A stretch of 64,000 nt of DNA. Origin: the human T2T-CHM13v2.0 reference genome, Homo sapiens. Every line of letters starts with the position of its first letter. Position 1 is the stretch's first letter. The stretch lies in NCBI RefSeq assembly GCF_009914755.1, contig NC_060927.1, one strand, 5' to 3'. Shown piece by piece: positions 27,650-39,676 of this stretch. The position numbers and the translations under genes are program-made. The notes below the pieces were generated by a model, which saw only the letters and a list, made by a program, of their open reading frames with translations, was not told the origin of the DNA and searched no databases.

Positions 27650-28750
27650 TGCACCCAGAAATTCTACCTTTTGAAAGTTATCCTAAAGGCAGTGCACAAA
27701 GGAAATTTAAGAGAATTATCATGCCAGTTTGTCAAAATAGAAACATTGAGGGGGAACATTAGATATTGATTAAGTAAAATTTTGTATCTCTATATAATAA
27801 AATGCTGGGCAGCCATCAAAAATGTTATTGTGGATCTCAACTGAACTGGAAAGATGTTTAGCACGTATATATTTATTAATAACAATGGTTTTATTTTGAA
27901 ATCCTTTTAGATTTATAGTACAGTTGCAAAGATGGCACGGAGAGTTCTGGTATACCTTTCATGCAAGCTTCCCTGAATATTAACATCTTGCATAACCATG
28001 ATTTATCAAAGCTAAGATATTAGTAACCATATAATTTTATTTATTAAACTACCAACTTCATTCAAATTTTACCAGTCTTCCATAACGCTCTTTTTCTGTT
28101 CCAGGATCCAGTCTGGGATAACCCATTGCATTTAGTTGTCACGTCTCCTTAGTATTCTCCAATCTGTGGCCATTTCTGTCTTTTCTTGTTTTCATGATCT
28201 TGACACTTTTGAAGAAGACTTACCAGATGTTTTGGAGGCTGTCCCTCAACTAGGGTTTGTCTGATGTTTTTTCAAGATTAGATAGAGTTACAGGTGTTGG
28301 GGAAGAACATTGCCACTGAGGCGAAGTGCCCTTCTCATTGCATCGCAACAGAGAGCATGTGATATCAACATGACTTATCAGTGGTGATTTTAACCTGATC
28401 ACTTGGTTAAGGTGGTGTTTGCCAGATTTTTCCACTATAAAACTATTATTTTTTTCTTTTTTATATGTGAGAAGTAAGTCACTAAGCCCAGTCCATATTT
28501 GAGGGAAAGAGAATTAAATTTCACCTTCTGAAGGGAGGAGTGTAAAATAATATATCATATGATCCCATTTTTGTAGAAAAAAATATTTTCATGCATTCAT
28601 AAAATTTTATAAGAAAACAAACTACAACATTAACAGCAGCTACCCCTGGGTGATGGGAGAGTAGGCAATTTTTTCTCCTTCATCTTACTGATCTAATTTT
28701 TCTAATGAATTTTCCTTATGAATAGGTATAGCTTGTATCATAAAAAGTTG
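27650..28750 (+). mobile_element. L1ME-type 3' fragment split by an L1MC fragment
   Basis: CCCAGAAATTCTACC..GCAGCCATCAAAAATG..GGAAAGATGTT; resumes ATGATCCCATTTTTGTA. Confidence 0.5.
27885..28545 (-). mobile_element. L1MC-type 3' UTR
   Basis: TTTTATTTTGAAAT..CAGTTGCAAAGATGG..TTCCAGGATCCAG..TTGCATTTAGTTGTC. Confidence 0.8.
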
Positions 28751-29209
28751 AAGAAAACAAAAAGACAAAAGGCAACATTTAAGACTTGGTCATGATTGAA
28801 GCAGGGAGGCAGAGTTAGTGCAATGGATAATCCAGTCAAGAGACCAGGTGATTTCAAAAGGCTGGAGTCTTGGGCTGAAAACATAACAGTGAAAATTTCC
28901 AGGGAGAAATGCATGACCCAACATTTAATTCAAAACCCAAGGGCACAGGTACAGGATGGAGTAATGGGAAGTGCTGGTGGGCACCAAACGCTTGATCTGT
29001 GGGATCAAGCCCTGGGTTGTTTATTTTCTGAAACCACAGATTCAGTCTTAGCTTATAAGATGTCTGGGTGCTAACATTGTTCATGTAGAAGCGGAGTGAG
29101 TGTCCAGCTCGAGGGGAGTAGTAGTCCCTGTCACAAGTGCTGTTAATGATTTTCCATGTTCCCTCTCCACTCACGGTCCCCTTAAGGCCAACAACTTCTT
29201 AATGAAGAA

Positions 29210-29338
29210 GGGCTCAAGTGATCCTCTTGCCTCAGGCTCTCAAAGTGCTGGGATTATAGGTGTGAGCCACTGTGCCTGGCACAAACTATTGATTGATTGA
29301 CTGGGGTCTTTGTCCTTCAGACCACAGCCTCCCCACCT
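29210..29338 (+). repeat. Direct copy of 27231-27363 (Alu head plus unique flank)
   Basis: 44-bp exact match plus about 60 bp of shared non-Alu flank. Confidence 0.9.
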
Positions 29339-29418
29339 GTCTAACTGTGGCTTCACTGGCCTTAGGGCTGTGTTTGGCCTGTGCTTGGGGCAGGCCAGGG
29401 TGCCAGGAAGTTAACACT

Positions 29419-29971
29419 CGCTTAGTCCATTTGTGTTGCTATAAAGGAATACCTATGCCTGGGTAATTTATAAAGAAAAAAAGTTTATTCAGCTCACGGT
29501 TCCTCAGGCTGTACAAGAAGCATGGTGCTGGCATCTACTTCTGGTGAGGGCTTCAGTCTGTTTCCACTCATGGTGGAAGGCGAAGGGGAGCCGTCATGTG
29601 TGGAGATCACATGCTGAGAGAGGAAGAGAGAGAGAAAAGAAGAAGAGGAAGAAGAAGGAGAAGGAGAAGGACAAGGACAAGGAGAAGAAGGAGGAGGAGG
29701 AGGGAGGAGGAGGTGGAGGAGGAGGAGGAGGAGGGAGGAGGAGGTGGAGGAGGAGGAGGAAGAGGAAGGAGGGAGGAAGAGGGAGGAGGGAGGAGGCTCT
29801 TTAACAACCAGCTCTCACTCCTGAGAGAATGAGAGAATGGCTCCAAGTCATTCATGAGGGATCTACCTCGACGACCCAAACAGTTCCCACCAGTCCCCAC
29901 CTCCTACGCTGGGGATCAAATTTTAACATGAGACTTGGCAGAACCAGACAAACCATACTCAAATCACAACA
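29419..29971 (-). mobile_element. MSTB-like MaLR solo LTR
   Basis: CTTAGTCCATTTGTGTTGCTATAAAGGAATACC..CATGGTGCTGGCATCT..CATTCATGAGGGATC..AACATGAGA. Confidence 0.9.
29617..29795. repeat. Purine tract, (GA)/(GAA)/(GGA)n compound microsatellite
   Basis: About 180 bp with only a few pyrimidines. Confidence 0.95.
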
Positions 29972-30299
29972 CTACCCTTGGAGCAGCTTTAACCAATAGA
30001 CAGATGGCAGTTGAGAACTAACTACCCAGCCTCATTCTCCTTGACTGGGGCTGCTCTATGGCATGCTCTTCATGGTCTCCCAGAATTCCCTGGTAGGGGT
30101 GAGCCCCAGTTGCCCATGGTGATAACCTGCTCATTAACCACTCTGCATCAGTTTTTCTACCCTACCTACCGTACTGGTATCACCTGAGATCACCTCCCAG
30201 ATAAATCCTTTATTTTTTCTGAGTAAAACAAGAATTTATTTTGACACACAAAATAAATAAACCTAAATATATCATTGTGTTTTTTTGGTTTGTTTTTTA

Positions 30300-32440
30300 C
30301 AATATTTATTTATTTATTTATTTATTTTTATAATTTTAACTTTTATTTTAGATTCGGGGGTACATGTGCATGCAGGTTTGTTACCTGGGTATATTGCATG
30401 ATGCTGAAGTTTGGGGTACAACTGATCTCATCACCCAGCTATTAAGTATAGTACCCAATAGTTTTGCAACCTTTGCCCCCTTCCCTCCTCCCTCTAGTAG
30501 TCCCCAGTGTTTATTTTTCCTATCTGTATGTCCATGAGTACCCATTGTTTAGCTCCTACTTAAAAGTGAGAACATGTGGTATTTGGTTTTCTGTTCCTGC
30601 ATTAATTCACTTAGAATAATGGCCTCCAGCTGCGTCCATGCTGCTGCAAAAGACATGATTTTGTTCCTTTATATGGCTGCATAGTATACCATGGTATGTA
30701 TGTACCACATTTTCTTTATCCAATCCACCATTGATGGGCACCTGGGTTGATTCCATGTCTTTGCTATCATGAATAGTCCTGTGATGAACATGCAAATGCA
30801 TGTGCCTTCTTAATAGAAAAATTCATCTTCTTTTGGATGAATACCCACTAATGGGATTGCTGAAGTGAATGGTAGCTCTGATTTGTGTTCTTTGAGAAAT
30901 CTTCAAACTGCTTTCCACAGTGGCTGAACTAATTTATATTCCCACCAACAGTGTTTAAGCATACCCTTTTCTCCACACCCTCGCCAGTATTCATTGTTTT
31001 TGACTTTTTAATAATAGCCATTCTGAGTGGTGTGAGATGATATTTCATTGTGGTTATGATTTGCATCTTTCTGATGATTAGTAATGTTGAGCATTTTTTC
31101 ATATGTTTGTTAGCCATTTATATGTCTTCTTTTGAGAAGTGTCTGTTTATGTTTTTGCTCATTTTTTAATGGAGTTGTTTGTTTTTTCTGTCAACTGTTT
31201 AAGTTCCTTATAGATTCTGGATATTAGCCCTTTGTTGGATGCATAGTTTGTGAATATTTTCTCCCATTTTGTAGGTTTCCGTTTACTCTGTGGACAGTTT
31301 ATTTTGCTGTGCAGAAGCTCTTTATTTACATCTCATTTGCCAATTTTGTTTTTGTTGCAATTGTTCTGAGGACTTAGTCATAAATTCTTTCCCAAGGCTG
31401 GTGTCAAAAATGGTGTTTCCTAGGTTTTTCTCTAGGATTATTATAGTTTGAGGGCTTACATTTAAATATTTAGTTCATCTTGAGTTAATTTTGGTATATG
31501 GTGAAAGGTAGGTGCCCAGTTTTATTCTTTTGCATGTGGCTAGAGAGCTATCACAGCACTATTTATTGAACAGGGAGTTCTTTCCCCATTGCTTATTTTT
31601 GTTGGCATTGTTGAAGATCAGCTGACTGTAGGTGGATGGCTTTATTTTTGAGTTCTCTATTCTGTTCCATTGGTCTATGTGTCTGTTTTTGTACCAGTAC
31701 CATGCTGTTTTGGTTACTGTGGCCTTACGTATAGTTTGAAGTCAGGTAATGTGATGCCTCTGACTTTGTTCTTTTTGCTTAGGTTTGCTTTGGCTCTTTG
31801 GGCTCTTTTTTTTTTTTTTTCCATATGAATTTTAGGATTTTTTTTTCTAGTTCTGTGACGAATGATGTTGGTATCTTGATAGGAATAGCACTGAATCGGT
31901 AGATTGCTTTGGGCAGTATGGCCATTTTAGCAATAATGATTCTTCTAATCCAGGAACATGGAATGTTTTTCCATTTGTTTGTGTCATCTATGACTTCTTT
32001 CAGCAGTGTTTCATAGTTTTCCTTGTAGAGATCTTTCACTTTCTTAATTACATGTATTCCTAGGTAACTTTTTTTGTAGCTATTGTAAACGGGATTGTGT
32101 TCTGGCTTTGGCTCTCACCTTGAATGTTATTGGTATATAGAAATGTTACTAGTTTTTGTACATTGATTTTGTATCCTGAAACTTTACTAAATTCATTTAT
32201 CAGTTTCAAGAGCCTTTTGGCAGAGTCTTTAGGGTTTTCTAGGTAAAGAATCATATCACCAGTTTAGAGAAATAGTTTGACTTCTTCTTTTCCTACTTGG
32301 AAGCCTTTTTTTCCTTTCTCTTTCCTGATTGCTGTGGCAGGGACTTCCAGTATTATGTTGAATAGGAGTAGTGAGAGTGACCATCCTTATCTTATTCCAG
32401 TTTTTGAGGGGAATGCTTTTAGTTTTCGCCCTTTCAGTAT
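30300..32440 (-). mobile_element. 5'-truncated L1PA16-like LINE-1
   Basis: ORF2 fragments [24 protein letters not shown] and TTMKYHLTP; 3' UTR TTAGATTCGGGGGTACATGTGC..CTAGTAGTCCCCAGTG. Confidence 0.93.
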
Positions 32441-32777
32441 CAATCCTCGTCACAGATTCTATTGCTGGGGATCCCAGCCTAAGGCAGTCCCATTGTTTCC
32501 GGAGATCAGGTTCAATTCCGTGCACTGTGTTCATATTATTCCCAGGAAGGGACTGTCATAGTCTGAGTCTTGCAGCCAAGTCAGAGGGCTTAAAACTGGA
32601 TACGCCAGGGATGTTTAACTTAGGGGAGATTTTGAAGAGGTGGGCAAGTTGTCTTCAGATGCTTGGAAGATCCCTCAATAAAAAGAGGATGTATTTTCTC
32701 TACTCCAGAATGTAGTAGCACTGATATGAACCTTGTACAGTAATAATGAGTGTTCCCACCAAGCTATTGGCTTCTTT

Positions 32778-33053
32778 TTTTAAAACTTTTATTTTAGGTT
32801 CAAGAGTACATGTGCATGTTTGTTATATAGGTAAATTGTGTGTCACAGAGGTTTGGTGTACACAATTATTTTACCACCCAGGTAATAAGCATAGAACCTG
32901 ATCAGTAGTTTTCCCATCCTCTCCCTCCTCCCACCCCCTACCCTCAAGTTGGCTCCGTTGTCTCTTGTTCCCTTCTCTGTGTCCATGTATACTCAATGTT
33001 TAGCTTCCACTTATAAGTGAGAACATGCAGTATTTGTTTTTCTGTTCGTGTGT
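32778..33053 (-). mobile_element. Short L1PA13-15-like 3' fragment with a perfect TSD
   Basis: 16-bp TSD AGCTATTGGCTTCTTT at 32762-32777 and 33054-33069. Confidence 0.93.
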
Positions 33054-33247
33054 AGCTATTGGCTTCTTTAGGTAGGGGTTGAGTTTCAGTCAACTTGCCA
33101 TCCTCAGTAACCAGCATGGTGGCTGTCAATAAGCAAAGAATGGTAGGAGGCATTTGTGGGTTCCTGACCAGTGTTTATTCCCACCTTCTCTTGTCAATGG
33201 TGTTCTCATTTTCCTTTAGAGAATTTACCCCTCTTTCATTTCAAGTC

Positions 33248-33454
33248 TTTTTTTTTTTTTACTATTATTTTAGGTTCAAGGGTACATGTGCAGGTTTGTT
33301 ATATAGGTAAATTGTGTGTCACAGAGGTTTGGTGTACACATTATTTTACCACCCAGGTAATAAGCATAGAACCTGACAGGTAGTTTTCCCATCCTCTCCC
33401 TCCTCCCGCCCCCTACCCTCAAGTTGGCTCCCCTGTCTCTTGTTCCCTTCTCTG
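33248..33454 (-). mobile_element. Second copy of the adjacent L1PA 3' fragment, no TSD
   Basis: About 95% identical by hand alignment to 32790-32979. Confidence 0.9.
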
Positions 33455-33688
33455 CCTCCATAGCCCATCTCTCTGGTTGCAGTGATTGGTTCAGAGATGG
33501 GCACATGACCCAATGTGAGCCAATAAGAGAGAGTCTTAGGAGTTGTGAGAGGCGCGGGCAACAGAGTTGCTCTTAGTTCTCCTGGAGGATGAGGTAAGAG
33601 GCCTGGTCTGCAGCAGCCATTTTGCTCACAACCTCATTGACCCAGGACGGCCATGAGAGCTTAAAGATGAGTGGAAAAACAACATGGA

Positions 33689-34432
<744 letters not shown>

Positions 34433-35059
34433 TCAGCGTGTAAATCTAGCAAGACTCTACAGAAGACAGAAAGCCAGAAAGGATATCTTTAAGAGGAACC
34501 ACAGTTTGAGGGTGCTAATATAATATAAAATTATGACTGGAAGTGATTTGGGGCCTAGCTGTCCCCTGTTACTCCACATTCTTGGAATATTCCTGGCAGG
34601 AGATGGTAGGGTGGCGAATTCTGAGTGTGAGCTGAGGGAATGACAAGGCAGCATCAGAGCTGGGTGACAAGGGGGGCCCCATAGTTCCTACAGATGAGCA
34701 GGACTCTGCAGAACTGCTGGTCACCAGGGACAAGCCCCATTTGAAGGTTTGGCTGTAGCTCAAGGACCCAGTCAACCCTTAGCTTGCTGGTGGGGGTGTG
34801 CGGTAGGCTTTAGAGGGGTCCTGTTCTTACTCTGGCACTTGTGTGAAGAGGAGGGCTTGCTCTAGTGAGTTTGATCACACATTCAAGGGCATATGAAAGA
34901 GTAGGCATCCTAAAAAATTTGTCATTTTTTTTCTCTTTCTTTTCAACTAGTTTCTGAATTTATAAATAACTGATAATGGAGTTAGTTGGTTCTTTTTTAT
35001 TTTGTGGGGGTTTACCAGCTTGCAGCTCTTTACATACACACCTATATGATGCTAAGCCT

Positions 35060-35355
35060 ACAGTCAAGGGCTTAGGAACTCTGGAATCTGCCAGATCCAG
35101 GTTTACATCCTGACTCTGCCGCTGGCCTCCTGTGTGGTTCTGCCGCTAGCCTCCTGTGTGGTTCTGCCGCTAGCCTCCTGTGTGGTTCTGCCACTAGCCT
35201 CCTGTGTGGTTTTAGGAATCATATTTGTCTCTCAGAGCATCACTTTTCTTATCCATCAAATGAGACTCATTGCATCCACCTCACAGAGCCACTGTAAAGA
35301 TAAAACACAAAAATTATGCAAAAATCTTGGCATACCCCAAGTGCTCAAATAGTGA
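35060..35355 (+). mobile_element. MIR containing a minisatellite
   Basis: ACTCTGGAATC..ATCCTGACTCTGCC..CTTATCCATCAAATGAG..GTGCTCAAAT. Confidence 0.7.
35116..35211. repeat. 24-bp minisatellite, 4 copies
   Basis: CTGCC(G/A)CT(A/G)GCCTCCTGTGTGGTT x4. Confidence 0.95.
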
Positions 35356-35839
35356 GAGGCATAAAATGCTTATGTAGGATCTTCGAGTAATTTAAAAAAT
35401 GTATAACCTGTATAGGGCAAACAGAATGGGAGCCAGGGCTCAATTTGGCATGTTCTGCTGGATTGCTATATTTGCTTTGAAGTCTGGAGGGTGGCCTGTG
35501 CTCTCCAAATGCCAAGGCCACATAGCCTCTGTCCCTGCTCTTTGTCCCTTTAGTCTCCATCCATCCTTTCAGACATTGCAAGGCAAAGACATTGCATAGG
35601 CAGGGACATATCCATCCATGTGTCAACAGCTGATGACATGTTGTGAAAACCATCAAGGGCAAGAGGAATGAGAACAGGCAGTGAGATCAAAGTTTCTGAA
35701 ACTCCCTCCTCCTCCATGTGCAGACATTCTGGCTCTTGAGGCTGAAAGTCAGCCTGCTTAAATGCAGTTCATTTCAATTAAATTTTCTAAATGCGAGTTC
35801 ATGTCAAGCACTAAGCTAGTTCTTTGGGAATTTTTTTTT

Positions 35840-36030
35840 TGGTATGCCTACTATGGGCTTTGCACAGTTTGGTGTTTTAAATACATTGTCTCATGACAAC
35901 CTTATGATTTAGAAATTATCCTCTTTACCTGTAGAGAAAAAAAGTGCTCAAGAGTGGTGTAGCCATTTGCCCATGGTTACCTAGCTAGCTGGTGACAAAG
36001 CTGGGTTTCAAACCCAAGTCCTTGTTGGCT
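35840..36030 (-). mobile_element. MIR
   Basis: CCTACTATG..ACAACCTTATGA..TTTGCCCATGGTTAC..AGCTGGGTTTCAAACCCAAGTC. Confidence 0.65.
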
Positions 36031-36127
36031 TCATGCTACCACTCTTCTGGGACACAAACATGGTAAGTGTAAACATTGAAGCATTGCAATGGTGCTGTGG
36101 AAGAAAGAAAGGGGAAGTGTCTTTTCC

Positions 36128-36272
36128 AGCAATTCTCGTGCTTCATTGTACACGTGGATCACCTGGGGATCCTGTTAGACAATGGTTCTGAGCCTCTAGA
36201 CTTTGCCTTCTTAAGAAGTGCCTAGGTGATGCCCAGGCTGCTGCTCTGTCTGCCACAGTTGGAAAAGCAAGG
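36128..36272. mobile_element. MER5-type MITE
   Basis: GATCACCTGGGGATCCTGTTA..AGGTGATGCC..GCTGCTG. Confidence 0.55.
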
Positions 36273-36602
36273 TTCTAGTTATTGATCTCAGACAGGCCCA
36301 TCTCAGCCTTTTGAGAAGAGATACTTGATCAAAATGGTGACAAGAAAAGGGTGTGGCTGGTCAGTATGAATTCATCACTGCTGTTGGCAAAACGACTCCC
36401 CGGCTTGGCTACTTCCTGTGAGATCAGAAGAGTGGTACCCAGACACACCCAGTGATGGTGTGATGCTGCAGGCATGGGGCATCCAGTAGCATCTTGCTAT
36501 GATGCAACTCAGGATAGCACCAGATTCAAGACAAGGCAGGTATGCCTCTGTGCCAACTGAACAAGGTAGTTTACTGCTGGAAGTTCTAAAAAGCCAAGGA
36601 CG

Positions 36603-37069
36603 TGTGGTGGATGCTGATGGTGCCCTACCCAGATCTCCTTCACCAAGGGGTGCCCATCCCCAGCTGCGATGAATGTTGACTACAGAGTGCTCACAGCTGC
36701 CCTGTGCTGAATGAGGCAGTTCAAAATGTTGGCCTCAGCAAAATGAAAGCTGCCTCTTTCAGAGAGCTACCTCTACCCCTAAAAGGTAGAGTTTCCTTGC
36801 TACCCTCCCTACCCGCTTAGAGGCAGCCTGTAGACAATGATTGCCCTTGGCCTCCAGAAGGGGCCAGTCTGGAAGGCTGCAATTCATGCTGCAGGGCTCC
36901 CCATGGGATAAGCTCAAGCAGACTCAGCAGGACCACTTCCTTGCTTAGTGTATTCCCCTGCCCCATCTTGTTTTCCTTGTTCTCTTTCTCCTGAGAGCAC
37001 GCCCTCAATAAACTGCATGCACTTGAATCACTGTCTCAGGCTCTGCCTCTAGGTTACCTCACCTAAAAG
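36603..37069 (+). mobile_element. LTR16A-like ERVL solo LTR
   Basis: TGTGGTGGATGCTG..CCCAGATC..CTCAATAAACTGCATGCAC..GTCTCAGGCTCTGC. Confidence 0.8.
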
Positions 37070-37109
37070 AGACTTTCACACAAGTGGATGCTGCTAGGCA
37101 CCAGGTGCC

Positions 37110-37240
37110 CTTTGAGCCCTCACAAAGGTAGCTTGAGATGGGTGCTATTATCTCAATTTCCCAGATGAACAAACCGAGGCTTAGGCAGACTTCTCTGGCT
37201 GAGTACTCACAGCTGAGAAGTTGCTGGGCCAGGAATGGCA
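37110..37240 (-). mobile_element. MIR
   Basis: CCTCACAA..TATTATCTCAATTTCCCAGATGAACAAACCGAGGCT. Confidence 0.6.
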
Positions 37241-38345
37241 TGTGCCCATGCACCCTTCTGCTCAGCCCCTCTGCCAGAGCCTCTTCACACTCACCTTCAC
37301 CTCATATGATGCTGAGGCACATGCCTGAGATTTGCCTTGCAGTGAGACTTGGGTATGAGTAAGAGGTGGAGGTGGGCTTCTCTGTGATCCTGCTCTTGGG
37401 CAACCCACATAGGTAAAGTTCTGTGGGCTCAAAGAAGGCCTAACGCAGAAGACCATGACTGTACTCAAACTGATTCTTGCACTCAGAGCTAATTCCTTCG
37501 AAAGTGTGTGTTTTTAACTTTTACCCAGGTTCCTTTACCCACATTAAATGTTCTCCCCTCCAGTTTTTCCCTGGACACGTCCTTGCCAGAGTGAATCATG
37601 TCAGGGTTTTTGCTCCATGCTCTGTAGAAAAGTAGAACACTTGGTTGGAACAAGAGACAGGATCCACAGACACATCTTTGGATGTGTAGCTGCTCATGGT
37701 GGCCAAGAACTTTGAGGCCACTGTCCAATTTGTTCCTCTGTGATCACTGTACACATTTTACAGAGAGTGCTCAGGTCCCTTCATGGTTCTCACCAGGCCA
37801 AGATTCCTTGATTTCAGACAGGGGGAGTGGGCTTAGGCTGTGGCAGGAGTGATTCAGTATAGTAAACATGGCAGGAACACAGGCCCCAGACTCCATGTGA
37901 AAGGGAACAGAGACCTTAGCCTGGGAGAGTGTCCTATGTCTGAGCTGGAGGGGTTTAAGGAGAGGGGTGGAGAGACTAGAGGGGAGTGATATGAGAGGCC
38001 TAGTGCCTAGCATCAAGATTCCAAAAACAGGATCTTGGCAGGGCTGATGCCAGTTTCCCAGTCTAGATTCCCCCATCAGGGCCCATCCCAGGGACCTAGC
38101 TCCTCAGCTAGAAGAGCTGCCCGTGTTGGGTTTTCTTTAGTGAAGCCCACAGACCCAAGCTCTGGCCTTGTGGCCGCTTCATTTTCAGTTGCTTATGCTC
38201 CCCTGTCCCGTGGCATCCTGCCCTGGGTGGTTGCTTTTCCCAGATGCCAGTGACGCAGATGGTTCCCACAGGCTTGCCTGCTAGTCTTCCATTTTCACAT
38301 CTTAGTGGAGAAATTGTGGGAGACTTCAAGAACAAGACATGCAGG

Positions 38346-39237
38346 CCTCACCCCAGTTAATATGGTTTATATCCAAAAGGCAGGCAATAATAAATGCTGG
38401 CGAGGATGTGGAGAAAAGGGAACCCTGGTACACTGTTGATGGGAATGTAAATTAGTACAACCACTGTGGAGAACAGTGTGGAGGTTCCTCAACAAATTTA
38501 AAAATAGAGTTGCCATATGATCCAGCAATCCCACTGCTGGGTATATACCCAAAAGAAAGGAAATCAGTATAGTGAAGAGACACCTGTACTCCCATGTTTG
38601 TTGCAGCACTGTTCACAATAACCAAGATTTGGAAGCAACCTAAGTGTCCATCAACAGACGAATGAATAAAGAAAATATCCTACCTATACACAATGGACTT
38701 CTATTCAGCCATAAAAAAGAATGAGATCCTGTCATTTGCAACAACATGGATGGAACTGTAGGTCATTGTGTTAAGTGAAATAAGCCAGGCACAGAAAGAC
38801 AAACACTGCATATTCTAACTTATTTGCAGGATTTGTTAATAAAAATCAAAACAATCAAACTCATGGACATAGAGAGTAGAAGGATGGTGACCACAGGCTG
38901 AGAAGGGTAATGGGGGACTGTGAAGGGGAGGGGGAATGGTAAATGAGTACAAAAACATTAGTTAGAAATAATGCATAAGACCTAGTATTTTGTAGTACAA
39001 CAGGGTGATTATAGTCAGTAGTAATTTAATTGTACTATTGAGTACATTTGGAGTACTCAGCGTATACTCCAGAGTATAATTGGATTATAACATGAAACAT
39101 AAATATTTGAGGGGATGGATACCCCATTTTCCATGATGTAATTATTATGCATTGCATACCTATTTCAAAGCATTTTATGTACCCCATAGATATATACACC
39201 TACTATGTATGTACCCACAAAAATTAAAAAATTAAAA
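38346..39237 (+). mobile_element. L1MA2-like ORF2 C-terminus and 3' UTR, the missing 3' part of the 17987-22282 element
   Basis: Starts CCTCACCCCAGTTAA, ends GTACCCACAAAAATTAAAAAATTAAAA; followed by TSD AAGAGTAACTTCCA. Confidence 0.95.
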
Positions 39238-39470
39238 AAGAGTAACTTCCAAAGACAAAATATATTTCTATCTTCATGTGACTGCTGGAGTTAAGAAGAG
39301 GGAGAAGAAGAAAGAGGCATTGTCCAATTAATTTAAGGATAAGGATACAGGACAATGAGGCAAGTACCAAGTTTACTGGGGGAAAATATGTAAACAGACC
39401 TTAGATAAATAATCAATCAGCAAGCATATATCAAAACTTACATGCATAGACATGTATCACCAATTCCTTT

Positions 39471-39676
39471 CTTTAAACTGTGATTAAATATACATAACAT
39501 AAAATCTACTATTTTAACCATTTTTAAGTGTACAGTTCCATGACATTAAGTATAATCACATAGTTGTGCAACCATCACCAACATCCATCTACCAGAACGT
39601 TTCGATCTTCCCAACTGAAACTCTGTGCCCATTAAACACTCATTCCACTTGGATAAGGTACCTAGAGAAGTCAAAT
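39471..39676 (-). mobile_element. L1MB-type 3' fragment with a 5' inversion (twin priming)
   Basis: Minus-strand L1MB end plus plus-strand TTCCACTT..AGGTACCTAGAGAAGTCAAATTCA; 14-bp TSD TCACCAATTCCTTT. Confidence 0.85.

Larger units (their letters stand above)
29130..32487 (+). mobile_element. LTR33 ERVL solo LTR fragmented by three later insertions
   Basis: GGGCAGGCC..AGTTAAC | GAGCAGC..AACCAAT..GAGCCCCAGTTGCCCA..GATCACCTCCCAGATAAA | AATCCTCGTCACAG..CCTAAGGCA, collinear with LTR33. Confidence 0.75.

Noticed and set aside
29544-29900. Poly-E/G/R and poly-P/S/L ORFs
   Set aside because: Translations of the purine microsatellite inside the MST LTR
30929-32534. L1 ORF2-like ORFs
   Set aside because: 5'-truncated, fragmented L1PA16-like copy
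35134-35352. ORF with repeated VVLPLASC, and a superficial CRISPR-like look
   Set aside because: Head-to-tail 24-bp minisatellite with no spacers; eukaryotic context
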